A stretch of 64,000 bases of DNA from Candidatus Magasanikbacteria bacterium CG11_big_fil_rev_8_21_14_0_20_39_34 (GTDB taxonomy: Bacteria; Patescibacteriota; Patescibacteriia; Magasanikbacterales; UBA922): the NCBI GenBank assembly GCA_002787355.1, contig PCWN01000003.1, positions 8,606 through 72,605 of the forward strand, read 5' to 3'. Shown here piece by piece: positions 40,593 through 50,106 of this stretch. The notes beneath the pieces are model-generated. The model was given only the letters and a program-made list of their open reading frames with translations, had not been told where the DNA came from and ran no database searches. Position 1 is the stretch's first letter. Each line of letters begins with the position of its first letter. The position numbers and the translations under genes were made by a program.

Positions 40593-41270
40593 ATGTCAAA
40601 AAGAATGAATGAGCTCTCAGCTCAGGTTGATAAAACCAAAGTTTATTCTATTGCAGAGGCAATTGAACTTGTAAAGAAAACAAGTACCGTGAAATTTGAT
40701 GCCTCAGTTGAAGTTCATGCACGCCTTGGAATTGATCCAAAACAGTCAGACCAACAAATCCGTTCTACCGTAGTACTCCCACATGGAACCGGTAAAACCA
40801 AAAAAATTGCAGCTTTCGTAGGACCAAATGATGAACAAGCAGCAAAAGATGCTGGTGCAGACTTTGTATACGGAGAACAAGAAATCAAAACTATTAAAGA
40901 TACCTCAAAAGTAGATTTTGAAGTTGCCATCGCAACTCCAGAGATGATGCCAAAAATTGCGGTTATTGCGCGACTCTTGGGGCCACGTGGTCTCATGCCA
41001 AACCCAAAGACAGGAACGGTGGGACCAGATGTAAAGAAAATGATTACCGAGTTAAAAGGTGGTAAGATTGCATTTAAAAATGATGCCACTTCAAATGTTC
41101 ACCTGATCATTGGAAAAGTAAGCTTTGAGAATGGAAAACTTGAAGAAAATTTTGCAGCGTTTCTCGATGCACTCAAAAAAGCAAAGCCAACTTCAAAAGG
41201 TACCTATATCAAGTCTCTCTTCCTCACCAGTTCTATGGGACCAAGTGTGAAGCTGGATATCAACCAATAA
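40593..41270 (+). CDS. rplA: 50S ribosomal protein L1
   Basis: 225 aa with the L1 pattern (KFDASVEVHARLGIDPKQSDQQIR, TPEMMPKIA, GPRGLMPNPKTGTV). The ORF-track start at 40017 is a read-through across the G+C-rich island. Confidence 0.93.
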   Translation: MSKRMNELSAQVDKTKVYSIAEAIELVKKTSTVKFDASVEVHARLGIDPKQSDQQIRSTVVLPHGTGKTKKIAAFVGPNDEQAAKDAGADFVYGEQEIKTIKDTSKVDFEVAIATPEMMPKIAVIARLLGPRGLMPNPKTGTVGPDVKKMITELKGGKIAFKNDATSNVHLIIGKVSFENGKLEENFAAFLDALKKAKPTSKGTYIKSLFLTSSMGPSVKLDINQ

Positions 41271-41286
41271 TACTCTATTTCAACAA

Positions 41287-41314
41287 AAAAAACCGGCAAT
41301 GACCGGTTTTTTTA
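41287..41314 (+). terminator. rho-independent terminator after rplA
   Basis: Stem AACCGG/CCGGTT with loop CAATGA, followed by TTTTTTT. Confidence 0.5.
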
Positions 41315-41416
41315 TTTGCGAAAAATTATTCACGTATTGAGTATATTTTCTGTTCAAAATTTGTTTGCTCTTCCGTTTACAATCTGATATAATTGAGAGA
41401 AGTTTTAACTATCCAC

Positions 41417-41908
41417 ATGACACAAGAAGCACACAAAAGACCTACCTGGGATGAATATTTTATGGAAATTGCACGAGCTGTAGCCAAACGTGCTACTTGT
41501 GATCGTGGCAGGTCTGGTTGTGTTATTGCAAAGAACAAACAAATTCTTGTAACTGGCTATGTTGGGGCTCCTTCCGGGCTTGGACATTGCGATGATGTTG
41601 GCCACCAAATGAAAACCGTAACCCATGAAGATGGCCACCAAAGCCAACACTGTGTTCGTACGACCCATGCAGAGCAAAATGCCATAGTTCAGGCAGCAAA
41701 GAATGGGACCCCTATTGACGGAGCAACTCTCTACTGCAAGATGACTCCTTGTACTACTTGTGCCAATATGATTATCAACTCAGGAATTAAGCGTATTGTC
41801 TGCGAAAAGCGTTACCATGCAGGAGAAGACAGTGAAAAAATGTTCCTTACGGTGGGAATGGAAATGCATTATTTACATGATGAAGTAGAAGAGTATGCCA
41901 ACCAATAA
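41417..41908 (+). CDS. dCMP deaminase (ComEB/cytidine-deoxycytidylate deaminase family)
   Basis: HAEQNAI and PCTTCANMI zinc-binding motifs. Confidence 0.85.
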   Translation: MTQEAHKRPTWDEYFMEIARAVAKRATCDRGRSGCVIAKNKQILVTGYVGAPSGLGHCDDVGHQMKTVTHEDGHQSQHCVRTTHAEQNAIVQAAKNGTPIDGATLYCKMTPCTTCANMIINSGIKRIVCEKRYHAGEDSEKMFLTVGMEMHYLHDEVEEYANQ

Positions 41909-42458
41909 GCTTATTTTGGGATTTACGGGTCTTATTTCAAGTGGAAAAGGGACCGCAGCAGAATACCTCCGTGATACTTATTCTGCAAGCATGTATACTT
42001 TTTCCACCATGCTCAAAGACGCCCTGAACAGATTTTATCTCGAGATCAATCGTGATCACCTGATAAAAATTTCCGAAATAATGCGAGGAACATTTGGAGA
42101 AGATGTCATGGCAAAAACAATGGCAAAGGATGTTGCATCAGATCCTAACCCAATTATTATTGTAGATGGTATTCGTCGTCTTGCAGATATAGAGCATCTC
42201 AAACGCCTTGAGGGTTTTGTCATGATAGAAATTTTTGCAGATCCAGAAGTCCGTTACCAAAGACTTATTGCTCGAAGTGAAAAAGCAGACGACAAAACAA
42301 AAACCTACGAACAATTTTTAGAAGACCATAAACGATCCACTGAAGTAAGTATTTTGGAAGTTGCCAAATATGCCACAGAACGCGTAGATAATAATGGTGA
42401 TATTGAAGATTTACATAAACAACTCGATGCACTTATTCAAAAGTATCGTAACAAGTAA
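41895..42458 (+). CDS. P-loop nucleotide kinase (dNMP kinase / CoaE-like fold)
   Basis: Walker A GLISSGKGT near the N-terminus, 187 aa. Sits between the dCMP deaminase and dUTPase genes. Confidence 0.5.
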   Translation: MPTNKLILGFTGLISSGKGTAAEYLRDTYSASMYTFSTMLKDALNRFYLEINRDHLIKISEIMRGTFGEDVMAKTMAKDVASDPNPIIIVDGIRRLADIEHLKRLEGFVMIEIFADPEVRYQRLIARSEKADDKTKTYEQFLEDHKRSTEVSILEVAKYATERVDNNGDIEDLHKQLDALIQKYRNK

Positions 42459-42903
42459 AAAAAACATGCAGGTAAATATTAAACGCATAGATTCCTCTCT
42501 CCCCCTTCCAGAATATCAGACGGAAGGAGCCGTTGCGTTTGATATGTACAGTCGGATTGAAGCAAAAATTCCACCGGGAAAAACAGCTCTCCTTCCCACA
42601 AACCTTATTATCGAGACTCCTCCTGGATACATGCTTATGCTTGCCGCAAGATCAAGCCTTGCAAAAAAACGTGGACTGAAACTTGCAAATGGAGTTGGAA
42701 TCATTGATCAAGATTATTGTGGGGATACCGATGAAATTTATATTCATATGCATAACTTTAGCGAGACCTTGGTAAAAATTTCACCCGGAGATCGCTTAGT
42801 CCAAGGTATGTTTGTCCCTATTGAAAAAGCTACCTGGAAAGAGCAAACCCGTATGAACAAAGAAAGTCGTGGTGGATTTGGAACAACGGGGGATCAAACC
42901 TAA
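42436..42903 (+). CDS. dut: dUTP diphosphatase
   Basis: dUTPase motifs GAVAFDMY, RSSLAKKRG, GIIDQDYCGD, GDRLVQ and RGGFGTTG. Confidence 0.85.
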   Translation, partial: FKSIVTSKKNMQVNIKRIDSSLPLPEYQTEGAVAFDMYSRIEAKIPPGKTALLPTNLIIETPPGYMLMLAARSSLAKKRGLKLANGVGIIDQDYCGDTDEIYIHMHNFSETLVKISPGDRLVQGMFVPIEKATWKEQTRMNKESRGGFGTTGDQT

Positions 42904-42942
42904 AACATTTCCAAAATTTTCAATCATATATTTTCTTGCAGT

Positions 42943-43134
42943 GTGCCTGTCGACCCTCAAAAAATTTTGAACCAATATCTGCAATATGCCAAGCAGCTTT
43001 TTGCCAACTACAAAAATGACATGGATACACTTGAAAAAAGTGAAAGAGCCTATGCAAAAGAACTCTTAGAAACCACGGAAAAAGGAAAAATGCTGAAAAT
43101 TTACAAAAAAATTGATAATATTGAGGATAAGTAA
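42943..43134 (+). CDS. small helical hypothetical protein (GTG start)
   Basis: 63 aa with coiled-coil-like composition. Lies immediately upstream of the giant-operon promoter. Weak support. Confidence 0.3.
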   Translation: MPVDPQKILNQYLQYAKQLFANYKNDMDTLEKSERAYAKELLETTEKGKMLKIYKKIDNIEDK

Positions 43135-43163
43135 TTGACGAATAAAGATCTTTTTAGTATAAT
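43135..43163 (+). promoter_or_regulatory. sigma70-type promoter (TTGACG-17-TATAAT) for the giant-ORF operon
   Basis: Hexamers with a 17-nt spacer, 33 nt upstream of the first giant ORF. Confidence 0.5.
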
Positions 43164-43195
43164 CGCCTGTTAAAATAGTTTTTAACTTTCACCCT

Positions 43196-45961
43196 ATGTG
43201 TCCAGCACCACAATCAGAATCTCAACCCCAATCTGACCCAAAAAAGTGGGAAGTTATTCAAGGAGAGAAACGCGCTGGTGAAGAATATCAACCACCACAC
43301 TACGGTGACCTTTTTTCTCAAGAAAAACAAGATGCTCTACTGGAGAGACTCCAAAGCTCTCAATTAAAATCTCGTGAAAAAATAGCTCACAGAACCAATA
43401 AAGAAATTGCTAAACTTTTACGAGATAACCGAGTCCCAAAAACGGCAAAAAGGTACCTTGAACAAGCGGCCAAAGCCTTAGAAAACGATGATCAATTTTT
43501 AGGAAAGGAACTCATCTACAAAGCAGCCGATACCTCTGCAGAAGACTCATTTGATCTCATTGAATACAAACCTTTCAGAAAAGTTTTGAATTTTCTTCGC
43601 GACCCCCTTGTCATTCCTCAAAGCGGAGCATCTCGTGCAGCAAAAATGGCAGAGTTCTTTGACTATGGTATCCGCGAATTTGTCTGGGGAAGGAAACTTC
43701 CAGATACACGTGCAAAAATCAAACTTACACCGGATCAAGCACGTGCCAAGGAAAAACAGCGAAAAAAAGAGCTTGACGAAGAAACAGCACCAGAATCCCC
43801 CAATCATATACCAGAGAATATCAAAGAACATGGCGAAAATATTCCGCATGTGTTTTTTGCAAAAACAAAACGTGGTATTGAAAATGCTCTTGACTTCACT
43901 CGAAAATTTTTGGGGGATCGAACTTCCTCAGAATATGCCGAAATTGCAAAAAAAGAAGATCGCAAACTCAGTGATATTGAGCTTGCACACGAAAGAAGAA
44001 AAGATAAACTTCCCTCAACATTTGACCGCTGGGCCCAAGAAAATCTAGCTTTAGAGCTCCAAGCAAAACAAGTAAGTGACCGCCTCCTTGAAATTGTACG
44101 TGGAAGCGAAGAGGAAGATCCCCTTACAGGACAAAAACCCGTACTTGGTATTTTTGATAAAGTTCGAGAAGTTGTGAAAGAAGCTCCACTCGTTGCAGAT
44201 AAAGAAAAAAATCCTTACGCTATTGATCCAGATGAATTGGAAGAGCACATTAATATGGTGCGACAACAAGTTGGAAGAAATTATGAAAACCTTACTGCAG
44301 CATTAAGAAACCTTTACTTTGGAGGAGCTGCAAAAAATTCTTCCGAAGAGGAAAAGAAAACAACTCCTTCCCTGATGGAATCTCTTGATAGAAATGGAAT
44401 ATTTATCCCAGAACTGCATAAAGAAAAACGCCTTCTTGAAGGCCTCAAGGAAGTAGATGGTACACACTCTCAAGACCTTTCTCTCATGCGTGAATCTGAA
44501 ATACAAGGTGAGATTTTAATAGTAGAAATTGAAGGTGAATCACCCTCCGTAGTAGAAGTTCTTGCTTACTATCCAGATGAGGATAAACTTGAACTCAAAA
44601 ACCTCTCTTCAAATACTGAAGAAATTTTTTCCATTCACCCCCATGAACATGATGTCCGACAAATTCAAAAAGGTGATTGTATTGAATTGGTAGACCGAAG
44701 TACTGGAGAAAAAACAGAAGCGGAGATTATAGGAGATATAATGGTCCTTGATAAAAAAATCCCGGTTGAAATTACGATGAATGGAGAAAAACAACAATAT
44801 CTTGTATCACTTCAAGATTTTGATGTTCATAAGATATATAAGGATGAAAAAGAACAAATTATAGACCCGTCATCAGAGGCCAGTCCAGAAGAATCCAACG
44901 CGGAATCTTCTACAGGGACTCTTCTCCCTCGTGAACAAAAAGCAGAAAAAGAACCAAAATTGGTCCCCTTTCTTGTTATACCAGAAAGTATTTCAGAATT
45001 TGATCAATTTGTCATGAAAAATTCTGATGGAAAAGAAATACAAGTGGAAGTGTCCAATCTAAGAAATAACGGTCCATATACTCAAGCTTCCATAAGAAAT
45101 CTTAGTGGACGTGAACAACGGTGGGAAGCACAAATTTTAAAAAATGAATCTGATGTATCACTCGATGAATCCGGAGAAAAGGAAGATCATTGGACACTGA
45201 AAGAAAAACTTCGTTCCACCGAATCAAAATCCGATGATCTTGCATCAGATATTTTATATGAATTTGTGGAAAACGAATATCCACAAGAACTTACAAAAAA
45301 AGATAAACAAGGAAAACTGACCCCTACGTATTCTATTCCAAACAGGGACTCTGTAGTATCCTTACTCGAAGAATCTGTAGATACCGGAAAAAAACCTACC
45401 CGGCTACAAAAAGCTTCCCTTTCCTCTCTACACCATCTTGCTGAGGACCCATTGGAAAAAGAAGGACTTGCTGAAAAAATTGCGGAAAAAATCAAAGGGA
45501 AAAAAGAAACACATCCTTTTACTAAGCGAATGCAAAAGTTTGTAGGTAAGTTCAAGAATAGAGAAATGCAGAAACAAATGAAAGATACTTTATTCGATGC
45601 TAGACGTGAGTTAAGAGATAAAATAAACCTTGCAATTTTAGATAATAAAAATTTGATTATCTCCACAGCAGGACAAGAGGCATTTAAAGATGCATTAAAA
45701 ACAGAAACGGTAGGTCTGATGTACCGACTCTGGAGAATGATAGAAATTTTGGAAAATAAACTTCTGGAGATGCATCGTTCTATACGCAACCCCCACGAAC
45801 TTAAAGTGGCAGAGCACATTCTTATTCAGGCAACAAAAAAAGCACTTGATAAAGTTGTTTCAGGAAGTTTAACTCAAGCGGAACAAATTATTAAAACGGT
45901 AAAAGGTGATACAGAGCCCAAACAAAATGACTCTGCATGGTCTTTTGATGACGCAGAGTAG
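43196..45961 (+). CDS. giant hypothetical protein 1 (921 aa, acidic, no signal peptide)
   Basis: Uninterrupted ORF with native AT-rich composition, Lys/Glu-rich, no TM helix, no motif I recognise. Confidence 0.7.
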   Translation: MCPAPQSESQPQSDPKKWEVIQGEKRAGEEYQPPHYGDLFSQEKQDALLERLQSSQLKSREKIAHRTNKEIAKLLRDNRVPKTAKRYLEQAAKALENDDQFLGKELIYKAADTSAEDSFDLIEYKPFRKVLNFLRDPLVIPQSGASRAAKMAEFFDYGIREFVWGRKLPDTRAKIKLTPDQARAKEKQRKKELDEETAPESPNHIPENIKEHGENIPHVFFAKTKRGIENALDFTRKFLGDRTSSEYAEIAKKEDRKLSDIELAHERRKDKLPSTFDRWAQENLALELQAKQVSDRLLEIVRGSEEEDPLTGQKPVLGIFDKVREVVKEAPLVADKEKNPYAIDPDELEEHINMVRQQVGRNYENLTAALRNLYFGGAAKNSSEEEKKTTPSLMESLDRNGIFIPELHKEKRLLEGLKEVDGTHSQDLSLMRESEIQGEILIVEIEGESPSVVEVLAYYPDEDKLELKNLSSNTEEIFSIHPHEHDVRQIQKGDCIELVDRSTGEKTEAEIIGDIMVLDKKIPVEITMNGEKQQYLVSLQDFDVHKIYKDEKEQIIDPSSEASPEESNAESSTGTLLPREQKAEKEPKLVPFLVIPESISEFDQFVMKNSDGKEIQVEVSNLRNNGPYTQASIRNLSGREQRWEAQILKNESDVSLDESGEKEDHWTLKEKLRSTESKSDDLASDILYEFVENEYPQELTKKDKQGKLTPTYSIPNRDSVVSLLEESVDTGKKPTRLQKASLSSLHHLAEDPLEKEGLAEKIAEKIKGKKETHPFTKRMQKFVGKFKNREMQKQMKDTLFDARRELRDKINLAILDNKNLIISTAGQEAFKDALKTETVGLMYRLWRMIEILENKLLEMHRSIRNPHELKVAEHILIQATKKALDKVVSGSLTQAEQIIKTVKGDTEPKQNDSAWSFDDAE

Positions 45962-45982
45962 TTCAGCTATGTAATTTTTTCT

Positions 45983-47737
45983 ATGGCACGAGGTGAATAC
46001 CGAGTCGCAAAACAACTCACACAAGAATCTGTACACAGGCAGGCCAATCTTGATGCACAACAAGGCAAGCGTGTTCGGGGTGGAACAGATGTTATTCGTG
46101 TTCGAAATGCCAGAAAGGTTTCCGGTTATACTTATGAGAAGATAGATCGTAGAGGTGAATACATGGGTATTCATGTGGGTGACCGTGTACAGTTTACTCC
46201 CCTTTCATCTTTTGGTCACAGTCCTGGACTCCTGAGTGGATATGTTGCAGAAGTGCGTGGCCACATGTTCAAAGTACATCTCACACACCCCAAAGGACAT
46301 CCCGATGCTGGAAAATTAACTTCTCCACCAGATTTTGAGTATGTAAACTATGACAATATCGTCAATCATGTTGACCTTTCAACAAAAGCTGAGACACCTG
46401 AAGTTGAAACTCCTCCAGAAGAAACTCCCCCCACCGAAGCGGCGAGAGAAACTGAGGCAGAACCCAAACGAGAACAACTCACCGACTTTATTTCCTGGGA
46501 ACCAAGTACACAAACAGCCAATGTAGCTGGGACAGAAGTGTCCTTTGATCTTGGTGTTCCCCCAGAATGTGTGCTTTTGTCTCAAGAAGATGAAAGCGGA
46601 AATACACGACTTCGTTTTTCCTATAGTGATGAAAATTTTCTTGAGCTCTCAGCACTTGGTACGGATCAATATGCGTTTAGTATTCTCCTGCAAGGACAAA
46701 ATCCTGAAGTTCCAACGGAAGACGGCACAGCTACCATTCCCCTTCTTGGTGTTGAAGTGAAAAAGGAAAACATGGTAAATATTTTTCAACAGTTTGTTCA
46801 TGCAGTAAAAGGTTTGGATATTGTGGCTCCGGAAAGTGAACCTACTCCTTCAATAGAAGGCGAAGAAGAAAATGTAGATGAAGAGCCAAAGGAAGAAGCG
46901 ATTGAACAAAAAAAGGAAAAAAGAAGACCTGATACAGATATTCGTACACACGTAGATGACCTTGTAGCACGACAACTTGGACGTGATATCGTTGGAGCCG
47001 CGGTAGATCAAGAATTGGATCGAATGCAAGAGATTGAAGAAGTGCTTGAAGCACAAATCGAAAGATACAAAAAAGAATTAAAAGAGAGGGTAAATACAGC
47101 AATATTACAACTACAAGCAAAAGATCATGGGAAAAACCGTCTTTGTTGTGATCCTTCTTACTTTGATGAAAAACTTTTAAAAGTTTTACAAGATACAGAA
47201 AAAATTCAAGATCTCCTTTCAATCATAGATGATCCCCAAAATTCAAATCTGTTTCCAACTGATAAAATTGTTTTTACCAGTGAAACCTTTGCAGATAATG
47301 TACTCATGCAGCCAGACACCAAAATGCTTTACATTAATAGAGATGCCACACCAGAAGATCTTAGAAATTTTTATGAGAATTGCAAACAAGCAAAAAATGA
47401 TCGTGAAGCATTTTTTAAGAGTCTTCAAGCATTAAATGCCCCTTTCGTATATTTCACCGATGAGGTTCATCATTTTGATCAAAGTTTTATAGATACCTCC
47501 ATTGGAACAGAAGGCACCAAAGCTATTAAAAAATGTGCCGAATTTATTACCAAAAACCCTGTAAAAGGAACCGTAGAAAAAATAGTTATTTCCGTGAAAG
47601 AAACGGATCAGTTATTTGTGTATGACAAAGAACAAAAATTCCTTATTATAAGCCCAAAGGCAGGTTGGGAAAACTATGAAGACAAACTAAGAGAAGTACT
47701 CCTTATCATAGAACAAACAGCTCCATCCAGATCTTAA
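45983..47737 (+). CDS. giant-operon protein 2 (584 aa, hypothetical; Pro/Glu/Thr-rich linker)
   Basis: 22 nt downstream of ORF1 on the same strand. Linker ETPEVETPPEETPPTEAARETEAEPK. Confidence 0.65.
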   Translation: MARGEYRVAKQLTQESVHRQANLDAQQGKRVRGGTDVIRVRNARKVSGYTYEKIDRRGEYMGIHVGDRVQFTPLSSFGHSPGLLSGYVAEVRGHMFKVHLTHPKGHPDAGKLTSPPDFEYVNYDNIVNHVDLSTKAETPEVETPPEETPPTEAARETEAEPKREQLTDFISWEPSTQTANVAGTEVSFDLGVPPECVLLSQEDESGNTRLRFSYSDENFLELSALGTDQYAFSILLQGQNPEVPTEDGTATIPLLGVEVKKENMVNIFQQFVHAVKGLDIVAPESEPTPSIEGEEENVDEEPKEEAIEQKKEKRRPDTDIRTHVDDLVARQLGRDIVGAAVDQELDRMQEIEEVLEAQIERYKKELKERVNTAILQLQAKDHGKNRLCCDPSYFDEKLLKVLQDTEKIQDLLSIIDDPQNSNLFPTDKIVFTSETFADNVLMQPDTKMLYINRDATPEDLRNFYENCKQAKNDREAFFKSLQALNAPFVYFTDEVHHFDQSFIDTSIGTEGTKAIKKCAEFITKNPVKGTVEKIVISVKETDQLFVYDKEQKFLIISPKAGWENYEDKLREVLLIIEQTAPSRS

Positions 47738-47742
47738 ATCTT

Positions 47743-50100
47743 ATGCATCAAGCCTACGAACGACTGAAAATAGCACTAAACGATGCCCGCAACGTAGTAG
47801 ATACTGCTGGATTTTTTGATATTGCAGAAACAGATCTCGAAAAAGCTGTGGAGAGAATGGACATAACAGACCTAAGGATGACACTTGAAGCATTAAAAGA
47901 AAAAAGAAAAATGGTTGCAGACGCACGCATGGCACTCCCAGAGCGTCCCCCCCGATTTGAAGCAGAAGTCATAGAAGAAGCAAAAAAAGATCCAGACTCC
48001 TTCTTTTCTGCACACCAAAAAGCTTTGAATGCAGCCACAAATGGTGAAGCCATAGGACGTGATGACTTAAACCAAGCTCTCCAAGGTGTGCTGTTAGACC
48101 TAAGTGACGCAACGTTCTTTTTTGAACCTGAAGCCCAAATGAACTTTTTAAAAGAAAAGAAAAAGGAAGAAGAAAGAAGAAAAATTATTTCAGATATACA
48201 AAGCAAATCTCTAGAACGTCCATTTTTTCCCTATACCCTTGCCCCTCTTGGCCGAGAACTAGATTTTATTTCAAACGAGGGACTGGAACTCATCCTCCAA
48301 AATCTTCCAGAGCTTGGGCATATCCTGAAAAAATATGAATTTGTTCCTGATGAAATCCTTCTTGAAGATACAGTACCTGTAGCATTTATAGACACTACCC
48401 CCCTAAATGGTCTCCATCATACCAAACTCCGGATTACACTCAATAATGAATACTGGAAAGAAGAGCTTGGAAAAGAAATTGCCGCCTCTCATCAACCTAC
48501 TACAGAAAGAGAAACAAATAATAACAAAATTCGCTTTATACTTTGGGATACACAGTTTGGAAAGAATCTGCATGCGCGGGTATATATTCAAAACGGATTT
48601 GTAGATGATAGACGTACACCTGCATTCCTTGCAGATACCACAGACACAGGTTTTAGAAACAAGTTATTACAGGTCCAGAGCTGGATAGAAGAATATGCAA
48701 GAGAAATTTTAGAAGATAGTACACTAGACATGTCCATTACAATAACTCAAACATGGAATGCAGGAGGTTCAGGAACTCTTGAAATTCCTATCTTTAAAGA
48801 TGAAGCAACCATTAAACTATTTATTATTGATTACGTAGATGACTACAAAAAATTAAAACTCTTTAACTCTGTTCGAAATACGTTTTCAGAACCAGAAAGA
48901 ATTAGTACTTCTTCTTCTGATATTCCAGACACCATCTCCGAAAACGAAATGCAAAAACGGATAGAAGAAATCCTGAATACCCTTGATCGTGCAGGATTGT
49001 CCAAAGTAAAAGTAGTCAATGCGGGGTACTCTCGGATAGACCTCTCAGATGAAAGTATTTTCGTTTGTTTTTTTGATGATGATTGGAGGGAACAACTCAA
49101 TGCTTGCATTGAAAAGTATACAAGAAAATTAGAAGACGATAGACAAGAGCAAGAGCAAAAAAAAGAACGCTCTGCAGCAATCCTGAGGGTACAAAGACTC
49201 GTTGAAGAATTTAATACTCGATCTGATCAGATAGAAATAATTATACGTGATAATTATTTTACATATCTTCAGACCTCAGAAATCATAGATCATGAACGAG
49301 ATTTGCCACTTATTTTTCGTCAACTCAGAACTGGAGATTATCCCCGCATACAAAAAATTGTTTTTCTCCCAGGTCTCATGCCTTCCTATAAAGATGAACA
49401 TGGTACAACATTTTTGAATATCAAGGGATGTACTTTTCAGGACGTTCAACGTGAATTGGACTTTTTTGGGCACGTCTCTTTTGCTCATAACCATGAAGCA
49501 GAATCGTCTTCATCTGACTGGAACAAAGGGTTCTACTTTAGTGGAAAACTTACAGACTCAAAAAAACGTAATGGTATTGGCACGACCTACTCAGGCACCA
49601 ACCTAAATGATCCCACTGAAGGGGGAGAATACAAAGATAATAGACTCGTGAAAGGAAAGCGCTATGTAGGTGATAATTGTTATATTTACATAACTGAGGA
49701 AACTGACGTATCCTATCAAAACGGAATGGTTGAAAGAATAGAAAATGGACCAGCCACAATTTTTGTTAATGAAAAAAATTCAGAAAAAAACCCCAGAGAA
49801 AATTATGATGTCGTCTTTAGGAATGGAGAAATTCAAGAACTTAAAAGCTCTTCTCACACTGGACAGACACTTCCCCTTACTGTCGGACAGCGCTATGAGT
49901 ATCTCCCCAAAAAAGGTGTCCTATCAAGACTCAAAACAGAAAAAGCGAGAGTTTCCAATATGTATATTTCAAGTCGCGGAGATAATCTACTGTATGTTGA
50001 TATAATTACTCCGGAAAATGAAACCATAACAGTACCCTATAATAAAATTGATAAATATCTAAGAACGCTACCAGAGCCCAAACCCAAAAAAAAATCCTAA
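47743..50100 (+). CDS. giant-operon protein 3 (785 aa, hypothetical; C-terminal MORN-like Gly/Tyr repeats)
   Basis: 5-nt gap from ORF2. C-terminal YFSGKLTDSKKRNGIGTTYSGTNLNDPTEGGEYKDNRLVKGKRYVGDNCYIY resembles MORN repeats. Confidence 0.65.
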   Translation: MHQAYERLKIALNDARNVVDTAGFFDIAETDLEKAVERMDITDLRMTLEALKEKRKMVADARMALPERPPRFEAEVIEEAKKDPDSFFSAHQKALNAATNGEAIGRDDLNQALQGVLLDLSDATFFFEPEAQMNFLKEKKKEEERRKIISDIQSKSLERPFFPYTLAPLGRELDFISNEGLELILQNLPELGHILKKYEFVPDEILLEDTVPVAFIDTTPLNGLHHTKLRITLNNEYWKEELGKEIAASHQPTTERETNNNKIRFILWDTQFGKNLHARVYIQNGFVDDRRTPAFLADTTDTGFRNKLLQVQSWIEEYAREILEDSTLDMSITITQTWNAGGSGTLEIPIFKDEATIKLFIIDYVDDYKKLKLFNSVRNTFSEPERISTSSSDIPDTISENEMQKRIEEILNTLDRAGLSKVKVVNAGYSRIDLSDESIFVCFFDDDWREQLNACIEKYTRKLEDDRQEQEQKKERSAAILRVQRLVEEFNTRSDQIEIIIRDNYFTYLQTSEIIDHERDLPLIFRQLRTGDYPRIQKIVFLPGLMPSYKDEHGTTFLNIKGCTFQDVQRELDFFGHVSFAHNHEAESSSSDWNKGFYFSGKLTDSKKRNGIGTTYSGTNLNDPTEGGEYKDNRLVKGKRYVGDNCYIYITEETDVSYQNGMVERIENGPATIFVNEKNSEKNPRENYDVVFRNGEIQELKSSSHTGQTLPLTVGQRYEYLPKKGVLSRLKTEKARVSNMYISSRGDNLLYVDIITPENETITVPYNKIDKYLRTLPEPKPKKKS

Positions 50101-50106
50101 AATAGT

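Noticed and set aside
40017-41270. 417-aa ORF suggesting a giant N-terminally extended L1
   Set aside because: The N-terminal 190 aa is read-through of island 4 in another frame plus the leader. The canonical 225-aa L1 starts at the ATG at 40593 behind its own promoter.
41417-43134. Prophage remnant suggested by the dCMP deaminase, dNMP kinase and dUTPase trio
   Set aside because: There are no integrase, terminase, capsid or tail genes, no attachment-site repeats, and composition is native. The genes fit a host thymidylate-salvage module together with thyA, folA and the HD nucleotidase.
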